The notes: generated by a model from the sequence alone, not told the origin. A stretch of 64,000 nucleotides of DNA from Bdellovibrionales bacterium (GCA_050250255.1 JBFWOZ010000002.1:32001-96000), one strand, 5' to 3'; counted from the first letter of the stretch, positions 29,090 to 39,550 are shown. Program-made: numbers and translations.

Positions 29090-29172
29090 TTTGATTATCC
29101 CGTGTTAGACTTGCAATAACTGACATCTCAAAATTAACTCAGGAAGTGATCACGGGTGTCAAGGTTCAGACT

Positions 29173-32100
29173 ATGTCATTTTCACATCTTCCGCTGCATC
29201 TCGAAAGTATTTTAGACCGTGCGTTTTCCCAAACGCATGGAAATCACGAGATTCGCCTCGCGGGTTTAAGCTCAAAACTTCCTGTGGCGTGGCTCTTGGC
29301 CCACCCGCAAAGCCCGCTTTTTGCTAAAAGAAAAAATCTTATTGTGCTTCCGACCCACGAAGAAGCGCTAGAATTTATCGATTTGATGAAGTTTGTTGAT
29401 CCTGAGTCTCAACATTACATCCATCTCCTTCCTCCACATGACGTTTCCCCTTATTCGGGTCTCTTCAACTCCCGACACACGCTCGGTCAACGTCTGCGGT
29501 GGCTTCATTTTGCCTCTACGCAACATCATCCCCTCTTTGTGAGTTCGGTGACCGCCCTCATGCAATATACGCTTCCTAAGGACATTTTGAGGGCCAGCAC
29601 CTTCGTGATTAAAACAGGAACATCCCTACAGAGTGATCTTAGTCAGAAGCTTCTCAAGATGGGCTATCAAGAAAGTTCACTTGTGGAGGATATCGGAACG
29701 TTTTCACTACGGGGCAGCATTCTCGATATCTTTTCTCCAGCGCGATCTTTGCCTATTCGCTGTGAGCTTTTTGGTGATGTTGTCGATTCCATCAAAGTCT
29801 TTGATCCCACCTCCCAACGCAGTCTTGATTCTGTCGAGGCCCTTGAAGTTTTACCAATGAATGAAGTTGTTTTAGGGGAAGAAACAAAACAACGCGCTCT
29901 TGCACAAATCAATCAACGTACCGACGGCGCATCTAAAAAGTCGATCCTCCACTCCGTTTTATCGAACTCACAGTTTCAGGGTATCGAGTTTTTTCTTTCG
30001 GATTTCTATGAAAAGCCTTCCTTGCCCTTAGATTTTTTTAACGGCCCCTACAATGTGTGGAATTTTTATGAGGCCGAACAAACGCGAACGATGGATTCCT
30101 TCCTGACAAACCTAAAAGATGAACACAAAACTCAAGAGAGCATCGTTCCTTCGCCTGAACATCTTTATCAAACAACCCTCCCAAATTTTAAGTCTTCAGA
30201 GTGTCTTGTAAAAATTGAATCGGTCTTCATATCGGAAATTGAAAATGAAGAGCCACCAATCTCCTATGTCACCACGCCAGTGAAGGTGCCATCGGATCAA
30301 GGCTCTGGTCAGGGGCTTCAATACATAAAAAATCTTCTTCAGCGAGCCAAAGCGCAATCCACCGTTGTTTTTGTCGCTTGTAGCTCTACAACTAACGCTC
30401 AAAGAGTTCGCTTACAGCTCGCGCAGCTAGGCTTTCAACCAAAAATCACTGAAGCTCTCGATGCTTCATGGAAGGACTGGGAACAAGAACAGATTCAAAA
30501 CACATCTGTGGTTCACATTGTTCCCCGTAGCAATAGCGAAAGCTTACAGCTTCCTGAAGATCGCCTCCTCTTTTTGAGAGAAAAAGATTTTTCTGAAAGA
30601 AGCGTTCGTTCCACAAAGAGAAAAGAAGAGGCCTCCGCCGCCACCACCTTGAAAGCCATTAACTTTAGCGATCTTTCGCCGGGTGACCCTATCGTCCATC
30701 TCACTCATGGGATTGGAATCTACGAGGGGCTAAAAATCATGGAGCTTCAGGGACAAAAAAACGAATATCTACAAATTAAATATAAAGACTCCGACAGACT
30801 TTACCTTCCCGTTTATAAATTATCTCTCGTTCACAAATTCAGTGCGCCCTTTTCTGCACAAATGGTGGATAAGCTCGGCGGCACCTCATGGGAAAAAGCA
30901 AAGATTAAAGTTCGTGGCCATTTGCGCGAAGTCGCCGCAGAACTTTTAAAGATCTACGCTGAGCGCGCGCGTGTTTCGCGGCCCACTTACTCTGAGCCCA
31001 ACCAAGAGTTTCTCGATTTTGAAAATCAATTCCCCTTTGAAGAAACAGACGATCAGGTCAAATCCATTGAGGATATTCTCTCTGACTTAGCAAGAGAGCG
31101 TCCTATGGATCGGTTGATTTGCGGGGATGTCGGTTTTGGTAAAACCGAAGTCGCCATGCGAGCAGCTTTCCGCGTTGTTCAAGAGGGCAAACAGGTCGCA
31201 GTCCTTGTGCCCACGACAATATTAGCCTTTCAACATGAAGAAACTTTTCGCAAGCGCTTTAAGGGGTGGCCCATTAAGATTGCTTCGCTCAGCCGTCTGA
31301 CTTCGAATAAAGATGTAACAAAGAATCTCACCGAATTAAAAGCGGGCCAGATCGATATTGTCATTGGCACGCATAAGCTTTTTTCTCGTGACGTGGAATT
31401 TAAAAATTTAGGGCTTCTTATTGTTGATGAAGAGCAGCGCTTTGGCGTTGTTCATAAAGAGAAACTTCGAAAGCTTCGAGCAGACGTCGACACACTCACC
31501 CTCTCGGCCACACCGATTCCGCGAACTCTTAATATGAGTCTTATGGGTATTCGCGACATCAGCCTCATCAGCACGCCTCCGCAAGATCGTTTGCCGATAC
31601 GAACTTTTATTTTTAAAAACAATCCTGACATCATCAAAAAGGCTGTGACTTCAGAAATTCAACGAGGTGGTCAGGTTCTCTACGTTCACAACCGCGTGCA
31701 AAGCATTTACACTCTCGAACAAGAGCTCAAAGAGCTTTTGCCGGGCGTTCGCATTCGTGTGGGACATGGGCAGATGGAGAGTAAACAACTCGAAGATACC
31801 ATTCTGTCGTTTTTCAAACATGACTATGATCTTCTCCTCAGTACAACGATTATAGAATCAGGCATGGACATGCCTCGCGCTAACACGATGGTTGTGGATC
31901 GTCCCGAAATGTTTGGTCTAAGCCAACTCTATCAGCTTCGTGGGAGAGTGGGTCGAGGTAACGAACGCGGCTATTGTTATTTGATGATTCCACCCAAAGG
32001 AATCGATGCTCATGCACAAGAGCGCCTGAAGGTTCTTCAAGAAAACACCGCGCTCGGAAGTGGCTTAAAGGTCGCTCAGTACGACATGGAACTCCGCGGA

Positions 32101-32661
32101 ACGGGAGATATTCTAGGAGAGAGTCAGTCCGGTCACGCCAACATGGTAGGGCACGAACTGTATCTCGAACTCTTGGAAGAAGCGATTCATGAGGCTCAAG
32201 GCGAGCCGTATAAAAATGCGTTGCCAGAACCCGAGATCAACTTACGAATTCCTGCTTTTATTCCTGACGAGTACATGCCAGATATTCGCATCAGACTTTC
32301 CATTTACAAATCTCTCTCCGATGCTAACTCTCCGCAAGATGTAGAGCGCATCGAAGAAGATCTTCGTGATCGCTTTGGTCCCGTGCCACCAGAGGTTCTC
32401 AATTTATTAGGTGTGATTTTAATTCGTAACGAATGCGCAAAAATTTCTGTAAAAGAACTCAACGTCAGTTCAAAAAATCTATTGCTGAACTTCCACGACA
32501 AACCCGTGTTCTCACCTGAAAAAATCATTCAGCTCGCGCTGACTCAAGCACAGAAATACAAATTGCAACCTAACAACCGCTTTGCCATTAAGCTTGAGGA
32601 ACAAGACTGGGCAAAGGTATTTGAGGAGCTTGCTGTTTTAAAGCAAGCTTTGCTTCCCTAA
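29173..32661 (+). CDS. mfd: Transcription-repair coupling factor Mfd
   Basis: RGSILDIF, CarD-like [40 protein letters not shown]-domain; start is ATG 29173 or GTG 29146. Confidence 0.98.
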   Translation: MSFSHLPLHLESILDRAFSQTHGNHEIRLAGLSSKLPVAWLLAHPQSPLFAKRKNLIVLPTHEEALEFIDLMKFVDPESQHYIHLLPPHDVSPYSGLFNSRHTLGQRLRWLHFASTQHHPLFVSSVTALMQYTLPKDILRASTFVIKTGTSLQSDLSQKLLKMGYQESSLVEDIGTFSLRGSILDIFSPARSLPIRCELFGDVVDSIKVFDPTSQRSLDSVEALEVLPMNEVVLGEETKQRALAQINQRTDGASKKSILHSVLSNSQFQGIEFFLSDFYEKPSLPLDFFNGPYNVWNFYEAEQTRTMDSFLTNLKDEHKTQESIVPSPEHLYQTTLPNFKSSECLVKIESVFISEIENEEPPISYVTTPVKVPSDQGSGQGLQYIKNLLQRAKAQSTVVFVACSSTTNAQRVRLQLAQLGFQPKITEALDASWKDWEQEQIQNTSVVHIVPRSNSESLQLPEDRLLFLREKDFSERSVRSTKRKEEASAATTLKAINFSDLSPGDPIVHLTHGIGIYEGLKIMELQGQKNEYLQIKYKDSDRLYLPVYKLSLVHKFSAPFSAQMVDKLGGTSWEKAKIKVRGHLREVAAELLKIYAERARVSRPTYSEPNQEFLDFENQFPFEETDDQVKSIEDILSDLARERPMDRLICGDVGFGKTEVAMRAAFRVVQEGKQVAVLVPTTILAFQHEETFRKRFKGWPIKIASLSRLTSNKDVTKNLTELKAGQIDIVIGTHKLFSRDVEFKNLGLLIVDEEQRFGVVHKEKLRKLRADVDTLTLSATPIPRTLNMSLMGIRDISLISTPPQDRLPIRTFIFKNNPDIIKKAVTSEIQRGGQVLYVHNRVQSIYTLEQELKELLPGVRIRVGHGQMESKQLEDTILSFFKHDYDLLLSTTIIESGMDMPRANTMVVDRPEMFGLSQLYQLRGRVGRGNERGYCYLMIPPKGIDAHAQERLKVLQENTALGSGLKVAQYDMELRGTGDILGESQSGHANMVGHELYLELLEEAIHEAQGEPYKNALPEPEINLRIPAFIPDEYMPDIRIRLSIYKSLSDANSPQDVERIEEDLRDRFGPVPPEVLNLLGVILIRNECAKISVKELNVSSKNLLLNFHDKPVFSPEKIIQLALTQAQKYKLQPNNRFAIKLEEQDWAKVFEELAVLKQALLP

Positions 32662-32684
32662 AATTCAATAGAGAACTTTTTTAG

Positions 32685-33266
32685 TTAATGGAGATGGGAG
32701 ATCGTAGAGCTCAAGGTCGCCTTTGCATTTTGCAAGGTGGCCTGAAGAGACTCGGCACTGCTGGAGGTCTCTTTGAACTTCTCTTTTTGTGCTTGTTCTT
32801 TGATCGACTGAGCTTCGTCAATAAACCCACCGATTTGGGCCTCAATCACTTTCAGCTCCTCTGGAAGACGTGCCTTTTCTTCAGCATCCATCTCCCCTAA
32901 GTTTTTCACGTGCGCTAATCCCGAAACAACGTCTCGAACACGAATGCCAAGTGCATTAAGTTTTTCTTGAAGAGCGTCGGTTTCGTTTTTTCTTTTTTGA
33001 ATGAGCTGGGCTTTTTCGGCAACAGCTTGAATCGAGGCTCCAGAAGATTCGCGCATTTCTTCCATCGTTTTTGCAAACTGAGCAACGGCCTGCTCAAGAC
33101 CCATCGCTTTTTCGGTGAAGCGACTTAAAAGTTTTACCGCGAGCTGAAAATCACTGTCGGAATCCAATGAGGCGTCGTTGATTTGGGAGCTTAACCGCTC
33201 GATTTCCGAGAAGTATTCATCTAATTCGAGAGCTTTTGTACCAAAGGAAGTGATGTTTGTTTTCAT
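32685..33266 (-). CDS. Hypothetical all-alpha/coiled-coil protein
   Basis: 193-aa ORF with heptad periodicity and no TM or signal peptide. Confidence 0.75.
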   Translation of the reverse strand: MKTNITSFGTKALELDEYFSEIERLSSQINDASLDSDSDFQLAVKLLSRFTEKAMGLEQAVAQFAKTMEEMRESSGASIQAVAEKAQLIQKRKNETDALQEKLNALGIRVRDVVSGLAHVKNLGEMDAEEKARLPEELKVIEAQIGGFIDEAQSIKEQAQKEKFKETSSSAESLQATLQNAKATLSSTISHLH

Positions 33267-33291
33267 GCTTTTTAGTTAGGGGAAAGCGCGA

Positions 33292-33319
33292 TTTTCGGCA
33301 ATGATTTTTATCGTTTTTA
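33292..33319 (-). promoter_or_regulatory. Possible sigma28-type promoter
   Basis: Minus strand TAAAA-15 nt-GCCGAAAA, upstream of ATG 33266. Confidence 0.35.
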
Positions 33320-33357
33320 AGAAATAATTCTGTTGAAAACCATTTTAAAGGACTCTC

Positions 33358-34107
33358 TTAAAATTCAATAGAGAGGCCGCCGCCCAATTGTAGGGGGGCG
33401 TCGGCAGGGCTGCTGACGTCAGGAACCGCATCTTTTGAGGCTCCAAAGCTTCGAGCCTCTAGGAATAAAAAGGTATTTTCAATCCCATGCTCGACGTAGG
33501 AATCAAAATCAGCACCACCATCTAACATGTCTAGCTGAAGTCGACCGCCAAAGGCATAATACATTGCGGGGGTTGTGCGACCACTCACGGACTGCGAAGC
33601 CACCGATTCTTTATAAAACATCGAGTAGGCCCCAACACTTACATAAGGAACAAAGTAGGGCTCAGAAAAAACTCCATCGAGGCTTAGTGTGCTGCCCAGT
33701 CGGACGGGAGTCAGAGTCAGCGTCGACTGATCACGACCTTGGTTAGAATAATAACCTGCGCCAATATCTGCGCTGAGAGAAAAAAACGAAACATTTAACT
33801 TTAAACTATAGGTGAATTCCATCAACGGAGTTTCTGCGGATTCATAATATTCCGTGAATGTTTGATTCGTAACAAAGTCAGGACGATAGTCTGATGGCGT
33901 ATACCAACTGTAGCCAAAGGTCACAAGTGATCCGACAGTTCCTCTTCGCTCTGAATAGTCAACGTCAGGACTATCGGTGTAAGTTTCACCATCAACCTCT
34001 TCTAACTCTTGAGACCGAGCCGTAAGACAAGTCGTGGTGGTACAAAAAACGACGAGAAGTATGACTAAGAAGCTTCGACCTAGGTGCATTTTTTTATTAT
34101 AGCTCAT
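33358..34107 (-). CDS. Putative outer-membrane beta-barrel protein
   Basis: Signal peptide, alternating aromatic beta strands (FVPYVSVG, YYAFGGRLQLD, ENTFLFLEAR), C-terminal Phe beta-signal (GGGLSIEF). Confidence 0.7.
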   Translation of the reverse strand: MSYNKKMHLGRSFLVILLVVFCTTTTCLTARSQELEEVDGETYTDSPDVDYSERRGTVGSLVTFGYSWYTPSDYRPDFVTNQTFTEYYESAETPLMEFTYSLKLNVSFFSLSADIGAGYYSNQGRDQSTLTLTPVRLGSTLSLDGVFSEPYFVPYVSVGAYSMFYKESVASQSVSGRTTPAMYYAFGGRLQLDMLDGGADFDSYVEHGIENTFLFLEARSFGASKDAVPDVSSPADAPLQLGGGLSIEF

Positions 34108-34124
34108 CGATGTGAAAATGCGCG

Positions 34125-34133
34125 TGATAAAAT
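34125..34133 (+). promoter_or_regulatory. Extended -10 promoter giving a leaderless mRNA
   Basis: TG-A-TAAAAT, then 6 nt to ATG 34140; no SD in the 32-bp divergent gap. Confidence 0.55.
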
Positions 34134-34139
34134 AAAATC

Positions 34140-35858
34140 ATGAGGCGAATCAAATCTTTAGTCGGATCTACACCGACCTTATTTTTCGTTTTTTTTCTAT
34201 TGCACATCGCCTTATTCCTCATCTTTACCGTTCAGCTTCATGCACGCGAGTTGGATTTAGGTTTGGAGGATGAGGAGACTCTCTTATCTCTCTACGCGCC
34301 GACAGAAGCTGAAGTACGCAATCTCTACTCTCAGCTCACGCTTGATCAAAAAATTGGCCAACTTCTTCTCATCGGATTTAAGGGCCACACCGTTGGGGAG
34401 GGCGCAAACAAAGTCATCAGAGATCTGCGGCCTGGGGGCTTAATCATTTTTGGTCGCAACATTTCTACCGCTGGCCAACTTTCAAAACTCAGTCAAGATT
34501 TACGAACACAGTCTTTCCGCGCCAGCACTCTTCCACCACTCCTGGCGATTGATCAAGAGGGCGGAACTGTCGCACGCATTAAAATGTCACCGCCCCAACC
34601 GAGTGCCCTTGCTGTGGGAAGAACAAACTCTTACGAAGTGGCAGAAAAAATGGGTTACTACACTGGGACCGTTTTGAAAGCCTTCGGAATTAACATGAAC
34701 CTGGCTCCCGTTCTCGATATCGCGGATCCCACCAAGCCTAATTTTTTGGGCACTAGATCTTTCGCGAATAATGCCGAAATCGTAGGGGAAATGTCTCTTT
34801 CATATGCTCAAGGCCTTGAACGTGCGGGTGTTATCTCGACACTCAAACACTTTCCGGGACACGGAAATGAAGTCAGCGATCCTCATTTTGATGTCCCTGT
34901 TATTGAAGACGACTTCAAAACTCTTACGGAAACACGCCTCAAGCCTTTTAAGTTTCTTATGGATAAGTTCTCACCTCCTGCCATTATGGTGGCACACATG
35001 GCGATACCAAACGTTGATCCCACAGCTTCTGCAGCAACTTATTCCAAAGTTCTCATCACTCATTTGCTTCGAAAAAAATGGAACTATAATGGCCTTGTTG
35101 TAACCGATGATATCGATATGCGCGCAGCGCGGTCTTCTGATAGGTTTGGTCAGGCGACACAGGCCCTCCTTGCCGGAGCAGATCTCATCATGGTGGCCTG
35201 GAATAGACGGACTCAATACCGGGCCTTTCGGGATTTGAAAAAATCAGTGCAAACTGGAGTGATTTCGGACGCCCTTCTACAAGAAAGTGTCAGCCGAGTT
35301 CTTCGTACGAAACTGAGATACCGCTTACGCGAACCTCAGCCTAAGCCGACTCTGAAAGAAATTAAATTGGCCCTTCGCAACCCTCAAATGAAAACATTGA
35401 TCGACGACGTCACAAAAATGAATCTTAAGCGTCATTTTGTGCGGGGTGTGGCCGCGCTACCACCAGCAAACAAAAAACTTTCCAAAGTCTTGTTTTTTTC
35501 AAGATCTCACTCTTTTCAGAAAACCTTTGGAGAAAAGGCCACCCAAAATTGCTGCAAAACCCAATCCCTCCTGTCTCTTGAAGACATGAGCCTGTTCCTT
35601 GAAAAATATAAAAATACCCTTGCTGTAGTTCATGTTTCTGGAAAGTCTACGGCCACGTGGCTTAATAAAATGGCAAGTCACTTGAGAAAACGCATTATTG
35701 TCGTTAACACCAACTCTCCAGCCCTCATTCTTTCTCCAGACTCTTATCAGAAGATCGTCAACGTCTACACCTATCACCCCGAGGTTGGTGGCTTTTTGGC
35801 GCAGGAACTGTTTCCAGAACGCGGCCACGGATCCAGCGAATACACCTACTTAGAATAA
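34140..35858 (+). CDS. nagZ: GH3 beta-N-acetylhexosaminidase (NagZ-like), exported or membrane-anchored
   Basis: AIDQEGG, NLAPVLD, KHFPGHG..DPH, VVTDD; N-terminal hydrophobic segment. Confidence 0.85.
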   Translation: MRRIKSLVGSTPTLFFVFFLLHIALFLIFTVQLHARELDLGLEDEETLLSLYAPTEAEVRNLYSQLTLDQKIGQLLLIGFKGHTVGEGANKVIRDLRPGGLIIFGRNISTAGQLSKLSQDLRTQSFRASTLPPLLAIDQEGGTVARIKMSPPQPSALAVGRTNSYEVAEKMGYYTGTVLKAFGINMNLAPVLDIADPTKPNFLGTRSFANNAEIVGEMSLSYAQGLERAGVISTLKHFPGHGNEVSDPHFDVPVIEDDFKTLTETRLKPFKFLMDKFSPPAIMVAHMAIPNVDPTASAATYSKVLITHLLRKKWNYNGLVVTDDIDMRAARSSDRFGQATQALLAGADLIMVAWNRRTQYRAFRDLKKSVQTGVISDALLQESVSRVLRTKLRYRLREPQPKPTLKEIKLALRNPQMKTLIDDVTKMNLKRHFVRGVAALPPANKKLSKVLFFSRSHSFQKTFGEKATQNCCKTQSLLSLEDMSLFLEKYKNTLAVVHVSGKSTATWLNKMASHLRKRIIVVNTNSPALILSPDSYQKIVNVYTYHPEVGGFLAQELFPERGHGSSEYTYLE

Positions 35859-35903
35859 TTTTTTTCTTGTCCCCGAATTCATTTATGTTATTTCTTATTT
35901 CAC

Positions 35904-36725
35904 ATGAGCTTGGCGGGAATAAAAACTTACAAAAATAAAATCTGTTACGTCTTTGGAGGCTCCGAGGGAATCGGGGCTTCTCTTTGCGAACAGCTTCTTG
36001 TCTCGGGGGCAACCGTCATCTCTCTTTCTCGTTCCAGTGAAAAGCTTGAAACTTTCCGCGAACAAATCGAACAACGATACGGCGAAAACATTGAGCAAAA
36101 GCTCAAAGTTTATCCCATCGACGTCAGTGACTTTTTTGAAGTCAAAGAGAGCGTTGAAGAGCTGGTGTCTCTCTACGGAGTGCCCGATTACGCCTTTCAA
36201 TGTGCAGGCTTTGCACGACCCGGGTTTCTTCACGAACAAGACATCCAGGTTTTTCAGTCGATGATGGACACAAATTATTTTGGAACCGTCCATATTGCAA
36301 AATCGCTGGCACCTTATTGGTTGGAAGAAAAAAAGGGTCATTTTATCGCTTGCTCTTCTATCGCAGGTTTTCTGGGTCTTTTTGGTTACACAGGCTACTG
36401 CGCCAGTAAGTTTGCGGTGATTGGTTTTTGCGAAGCTCTTAAACGAGAATGGGAGTCCTCGGGTATCCGCATTTCCGTGATTTGCCCACCCAATACTAAA
36501 ACACCTGGACTCACTGAAGAGAATAAGTTTAAACCCGCTGAAGTTTTAAAAACCGAAGAAAAAGTGAAATGCGTAGAGCCTGAATTTGTTGCTGACTATG
36601 CCCTCAAAGCCTTAGAGAAAAATCCTTTTCTCATCATCCCGACTTTTGATGGAAAAATGGCCAATTACCTCAATCGGTTTGCACCAGCCATTCTCAATCG
36701 TTTCGTAAGGCGCCCCTCTCTTTAA
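35904..36725 (+). CDS. SDR oxidoreductase, 3-ketodihydrosphingosine reductase (KDSR/TSC10)-like
   Basis: GGSEGIG, TNYFG, YCASKFA, and PPNTKTPGLTEENKFKP, which resembles the KDSR-family PPDTDTPGFxxENxxKP motif. Confidence 0.8.
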   Translation: MSLAGIKTYKNKICYVFGGSEGIGASLCEQLLVSGATVISLSRSSEKLETFREQIEQRYGENIEQKLKVYPIDVSDFFEVKESVEELVSLYGVPDYAFQCAGFARPGFLHEQDIQVFQSMMDTNYFGTVHIAKSLAPYWLEEKKGHFIACSSIAGFLGLFGYTGYCASKFAVIGFCEALKREWESSGIRISVICPPNTKTPGLTEENKFKPAEVLKTEEKVKCVEPEFVADYALKALEKNPFLIIPTFDGKMANYLNRFAPAILNRFVRRPSL

Positions 36726-36910
36726 TTGTGTACTCCTGTCGTCCTGAGCGTTTACCAGTGGACATATTGAAAGCGCTTGAGTACCAACGCAATGTCCAAG
36801 CCCCACAACGGTACTTTGCGTTGTTCTAACGGTTGGTCGCGAAGTCAGTACATTTTGGACTGTCTCTTGCCATTTTCAAGAGTGATTGTCGCCCGCGCAA
36901 AATAGTAAAG

Positions 36911-37309
36911 TTACAGCACTCGACAGTACGTAATTTTCTCGTTGTAAACCGCGCCATTGGCCGGTCTCCATTTGAGTGGTCCGTGATATCTCACAAACTG
37001 TTCGTTTATCTGTTTAGTTAGATGAGCCTCAAAAGATGCATTGTTTGCTGAGTCGGTACCAATGAAAGTAAAAATGGGATCAGTCGAAGTTATATCGACA
37101 GATGACGTAATTTTATCGAACTTGTAGGAAACCCCTTCGCCAAAAGGTCCAGTGTAGATTTCAGCATTTCCATCGCTTATTCGTAAATCTAGTCGAAAAC
37201 TACTTCCCACATAACAATTAAGGCGTGTCGGCAAAGTTTCGACGCCAGTATATGCGTTAGAACTTTCAAAAACGCCCAAGAGAACGAATAGCAAAACAAA
37301 CTGTTTCAT
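36911..37309 (-). CDS. Small hypothetical secreted protein
   Basis: GGGAG before ATG 37309; signal peptide MKQFVLLFVLLGVFESSNA; two Cys; beta-rich. Confidence 0.7.
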   Translation of the reverse strand: MKQFVLLFVLLGVFESSNAYTGVETLPTRLNCYVGSSFRLDLRISDGNAEIYTGPFGEGVSYKFDKITSSVDITSTDPIFTFIGTDSANNASFEAHLTKQINEQFVRYHGPLKWRPANGAVYNEKITYCRVL

Positions 37310-37472
37310 AGAAATCTCCCAAGATTTGGATTTTATAGCCGCTTCACATTGCAATGGCAAGAAACCCAATGGTTTATAGCCTTGGTATGTTCAGAAAGGT
37401 GCTGAACAAAAGTGTGAGGTACTCTGGTGTTTTAATAAGTCGCGGGCCTTCGCTTCGATCACAGCGATGCAT

Positions 37473-38243
37473 TTACTTTGTTTCTTTTGAGGCGGTTTTC
37501 CAGCAGATTTCCGCCTCTGCCGTGGTTATTTCTACTGACTTTTCGGCAAGACATTTCACCGAGTCGGTGATCTTGGCGAGCTCTTTATTCATCACTTCGC
37601 GAACCGTGGGGCCGAGAAACCGTACATACCACTTAAGTCCGTAGACAATCGAGATTTCTCGAAAGATCACACCACCGTCTCGAGTCTCCAGTGCCTTGAG
37701 GTTATCCCGGAGCGCCAGCTCTTCTTTATCTTCCACAAACTTCGCTCTTTGAAACCAAAGCTTCTTTTCCATCTTGTTTGTAAAGTCGAGAACATAATCC
37801 TGATTTGGAATAAGACTGATTTTTTTAAAAAAACGAGCTTTAAATTGGGTTCGCTTCGTTAATTCTTTTTCTAGAGTCGTTTTGTCTACGATGGCGCTTG
37901 CGTCCAACCCAAACAAGGCCTGGAAAATTCCAGGGTCGTTAAGAATTTTTTGAACACGTTCAAGCGGTGCCTTCATAAAAGTCTGCCTGTAGCCCACTCC
38001 GAGAACAAATGTTTCGCCTTCTGCTTTTATTTCCTCACGAGTCACCACCACGTGCGTGATAGCCTTTTCGCCGGAGGCTTCGGGAAATAGTTTTGGATTT
38101 TCTGAAATAAATTGGTTCCAGGCTTCGGGTGTTGAAAGGGCATCGAGTTTTTTTTCAATACTCTCGAGAATCTTAGAGTTGGGAACACTTGCCTGAAGTG
38201 CATGGCTAAAAACCAGAAGCAGGACTAGAATACAAGGACGCAT
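37473..38243 (-). CDS. Secreted hypothetical protein, possible START/SRPBCC lipid-binding fold
   Basis: Signal peptide (..HALQA-S); KAPLERVQKILND helix, beta meander and long C-terminal helix; TAATG overlap with spt. Confidence 0.55.
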   Translation of the reverse strand: MRPCILVLLLVFSHALQASVPNSKILESIEKKLDALSTPEAWNQFISENPKLFPEASGEKAITHVVVTREEIKAEGETFVLGVGYRQTFMKAPLERVQKILNDPGIFQALFGLDASAIVDKTTLEKELTKRTQFKARFFKKISLIPNQDYVLDFTNKMEKKLWFQRAKFVEDKEELALRDNLKALETRDGGVIFREISIVYGLKWYVRFLGPTVREVMNKELAKITDSVKCLAEKSVEITTAEAEICWKTASKETK

Positions 38244-39511
38244 TAAAATGCAGCCTCTTCTTCAGAGTCTTCAAACGAGACTTCTCGTTTTTTATCATTC
38301 AAAACATCCGCAAGGGCTTGCAGATTCGGGTTTTGATTAGCCTTAATAATCGCTGGTGCCACTTGCTTAAAGGCTTCTACCGCTTTTTGAAGATCTGACT
38401 CAGTGTGTGTCGCCATGACCGAACATCTGATGAGTGATTGGCCTTTTCGAACGGCTGGGTAGATCACTGGAGTTGTGAAGACACCAAGATCTAAGAGAGT
38501 CTTACAGACTCCAAGAGAAACTTGATCATCACCAATAAACACAGGCACAACGCAAGTTTCGGTACCAAGAGTATTGAGACCTAAACCATCAAAGGCTTCC
38601 TTAAGATATTTCGCATTTTTCTGAACCTTTTCAACACGATCAGGTTCTTCAACGAGAATATCAAGCGCCTTTGCCGCGGCCGCCGCACTTGCCGGAGCAA
38701 GGGCCGCGGAAAACATGAACGTGCGCGATTTGTGTCGAAACCATTCGATGAGCTGCTTCGAACCACAGATGAATCCACCTTGGCTCGCAAGAGATTTTGA
38801 AAATGTGCCCATAAGAATATCGGGAGTGAGTTGAAAGTGTGCGCCAGTACCACGTCCGCCGGGACCAATAACACCCATCGCGTGAGCATCATCAAGATAC
38901 GTACGGGCATTATATTTTTTTGCGAGCGCGTGGATTTGATCGTACTTTGCAAGGCGTCCGGTCATACTGAACACACCATCGGTGATGATGAGCTTACCGG
39001 CATCTTCAGGAATCGACTTAAGAAGCTTTTCTAAATGCTCCATGTCGGAGTGACGATAAACCATAAACTTTGAAGGTGTGAGTCGACAGCCTTCAACGAT
39101 ACAGGCGTGGTTTTCTTTATCTGAGAGAATGTAATCACCAGGACCCATAATGGCTGTGATCGCACCTTGATTTGCCATGAACCCTGTTGCAAAAACAATC
39201 GCAGCTTCCATGTTAAAAAATTGGGCGAGTTTCGCCTCGAGTTCTTCGTGAAGAGCGAGGTTTCCATTGAGAAAGCGTGAGCCCGTACATCCAACGCCCC
39301 ACTTGCGAACGGCATCTACAGCGGCTTCAATCACGCGAGGATCATGGGTGAGGCCCAAATAGTTGTTGGATCCCATCATGACGAGTTCTTTATTTTTATG
39401 AATAACGTTGTTCCCGCGGCTACCCTCTAGCACACGAAAGAATGGGTAATGACCCGTTCGTTTAAGAACAGAAATCAGTTCCAAGCCTTTCATTTTACTA
39501 AACAAGTCCAT
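38243..39511 (-). CDS. spt: Serine palmitoyltransferase (PLP-dependent alpha-oxoamine synthase family)
   Basis: GHYPFFR, GSNNYLGL, GCTGSRFLNG, NHACI, DDAH, GTFSKSL. Substrate inferred from motif type and neighbours; BioF/Kbl not formally excluded. Confidence 0.8.
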   Translation of the reverse strand: MDLFSKMKGLELISVLKRTGHYPFFRVLEGSRGNNVIHKNKELVMMGSNNYLGLTHDPRVIEAAVDAVRKWGVGCTGSRFLNGNLALHEELEAKLAQFFNMEAAIVFATGFMANQGAITAIMGPGDYILSDKENHACIVEGCRLTPSKFMVYRHSDMEHLEKLLKSIPEDAGKLIITDGVFSMTGRLAKYDQIHALAKKYNARTYLDDAHAMGVIGPGGRGTGAHFQLTPDILMGTFSKSLASQGGFICGSKQLIEWFRHKSRTFMFSAALAPASAAAAAKALDILVEEPDRVEKVQKNAKYLKEAFDGLGLNTLGTETCVVPVFIGDDQVSLGVCKTLLDLGVFTTPVIYPAVRKGQSLIRCSVMATHTESDLQKAVEAFKQVAPAIIKANQNPNLQALADVLNDKKREVSFEDSEEEAAF

Positions 39512-39550
39512 AGGCTTCCTCCGTTACTCTAAATCACCCAAAAGCCAAGA

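Noticed and set aside
36726..36910. Gap with short broken reading frames, possible gene remnant
   Set aside because: No frame is long or recognisable enough to support a pseudogene call.
38243..39511. Annotating the PLP enzyme as BioF or Kbl
   Set aside because: No bio or tdh genes nearby; the GTFSKS motif, YPFFR N-terminus and bCerS-like and KDSR-like neighbours favour Spt, though this is not proven.
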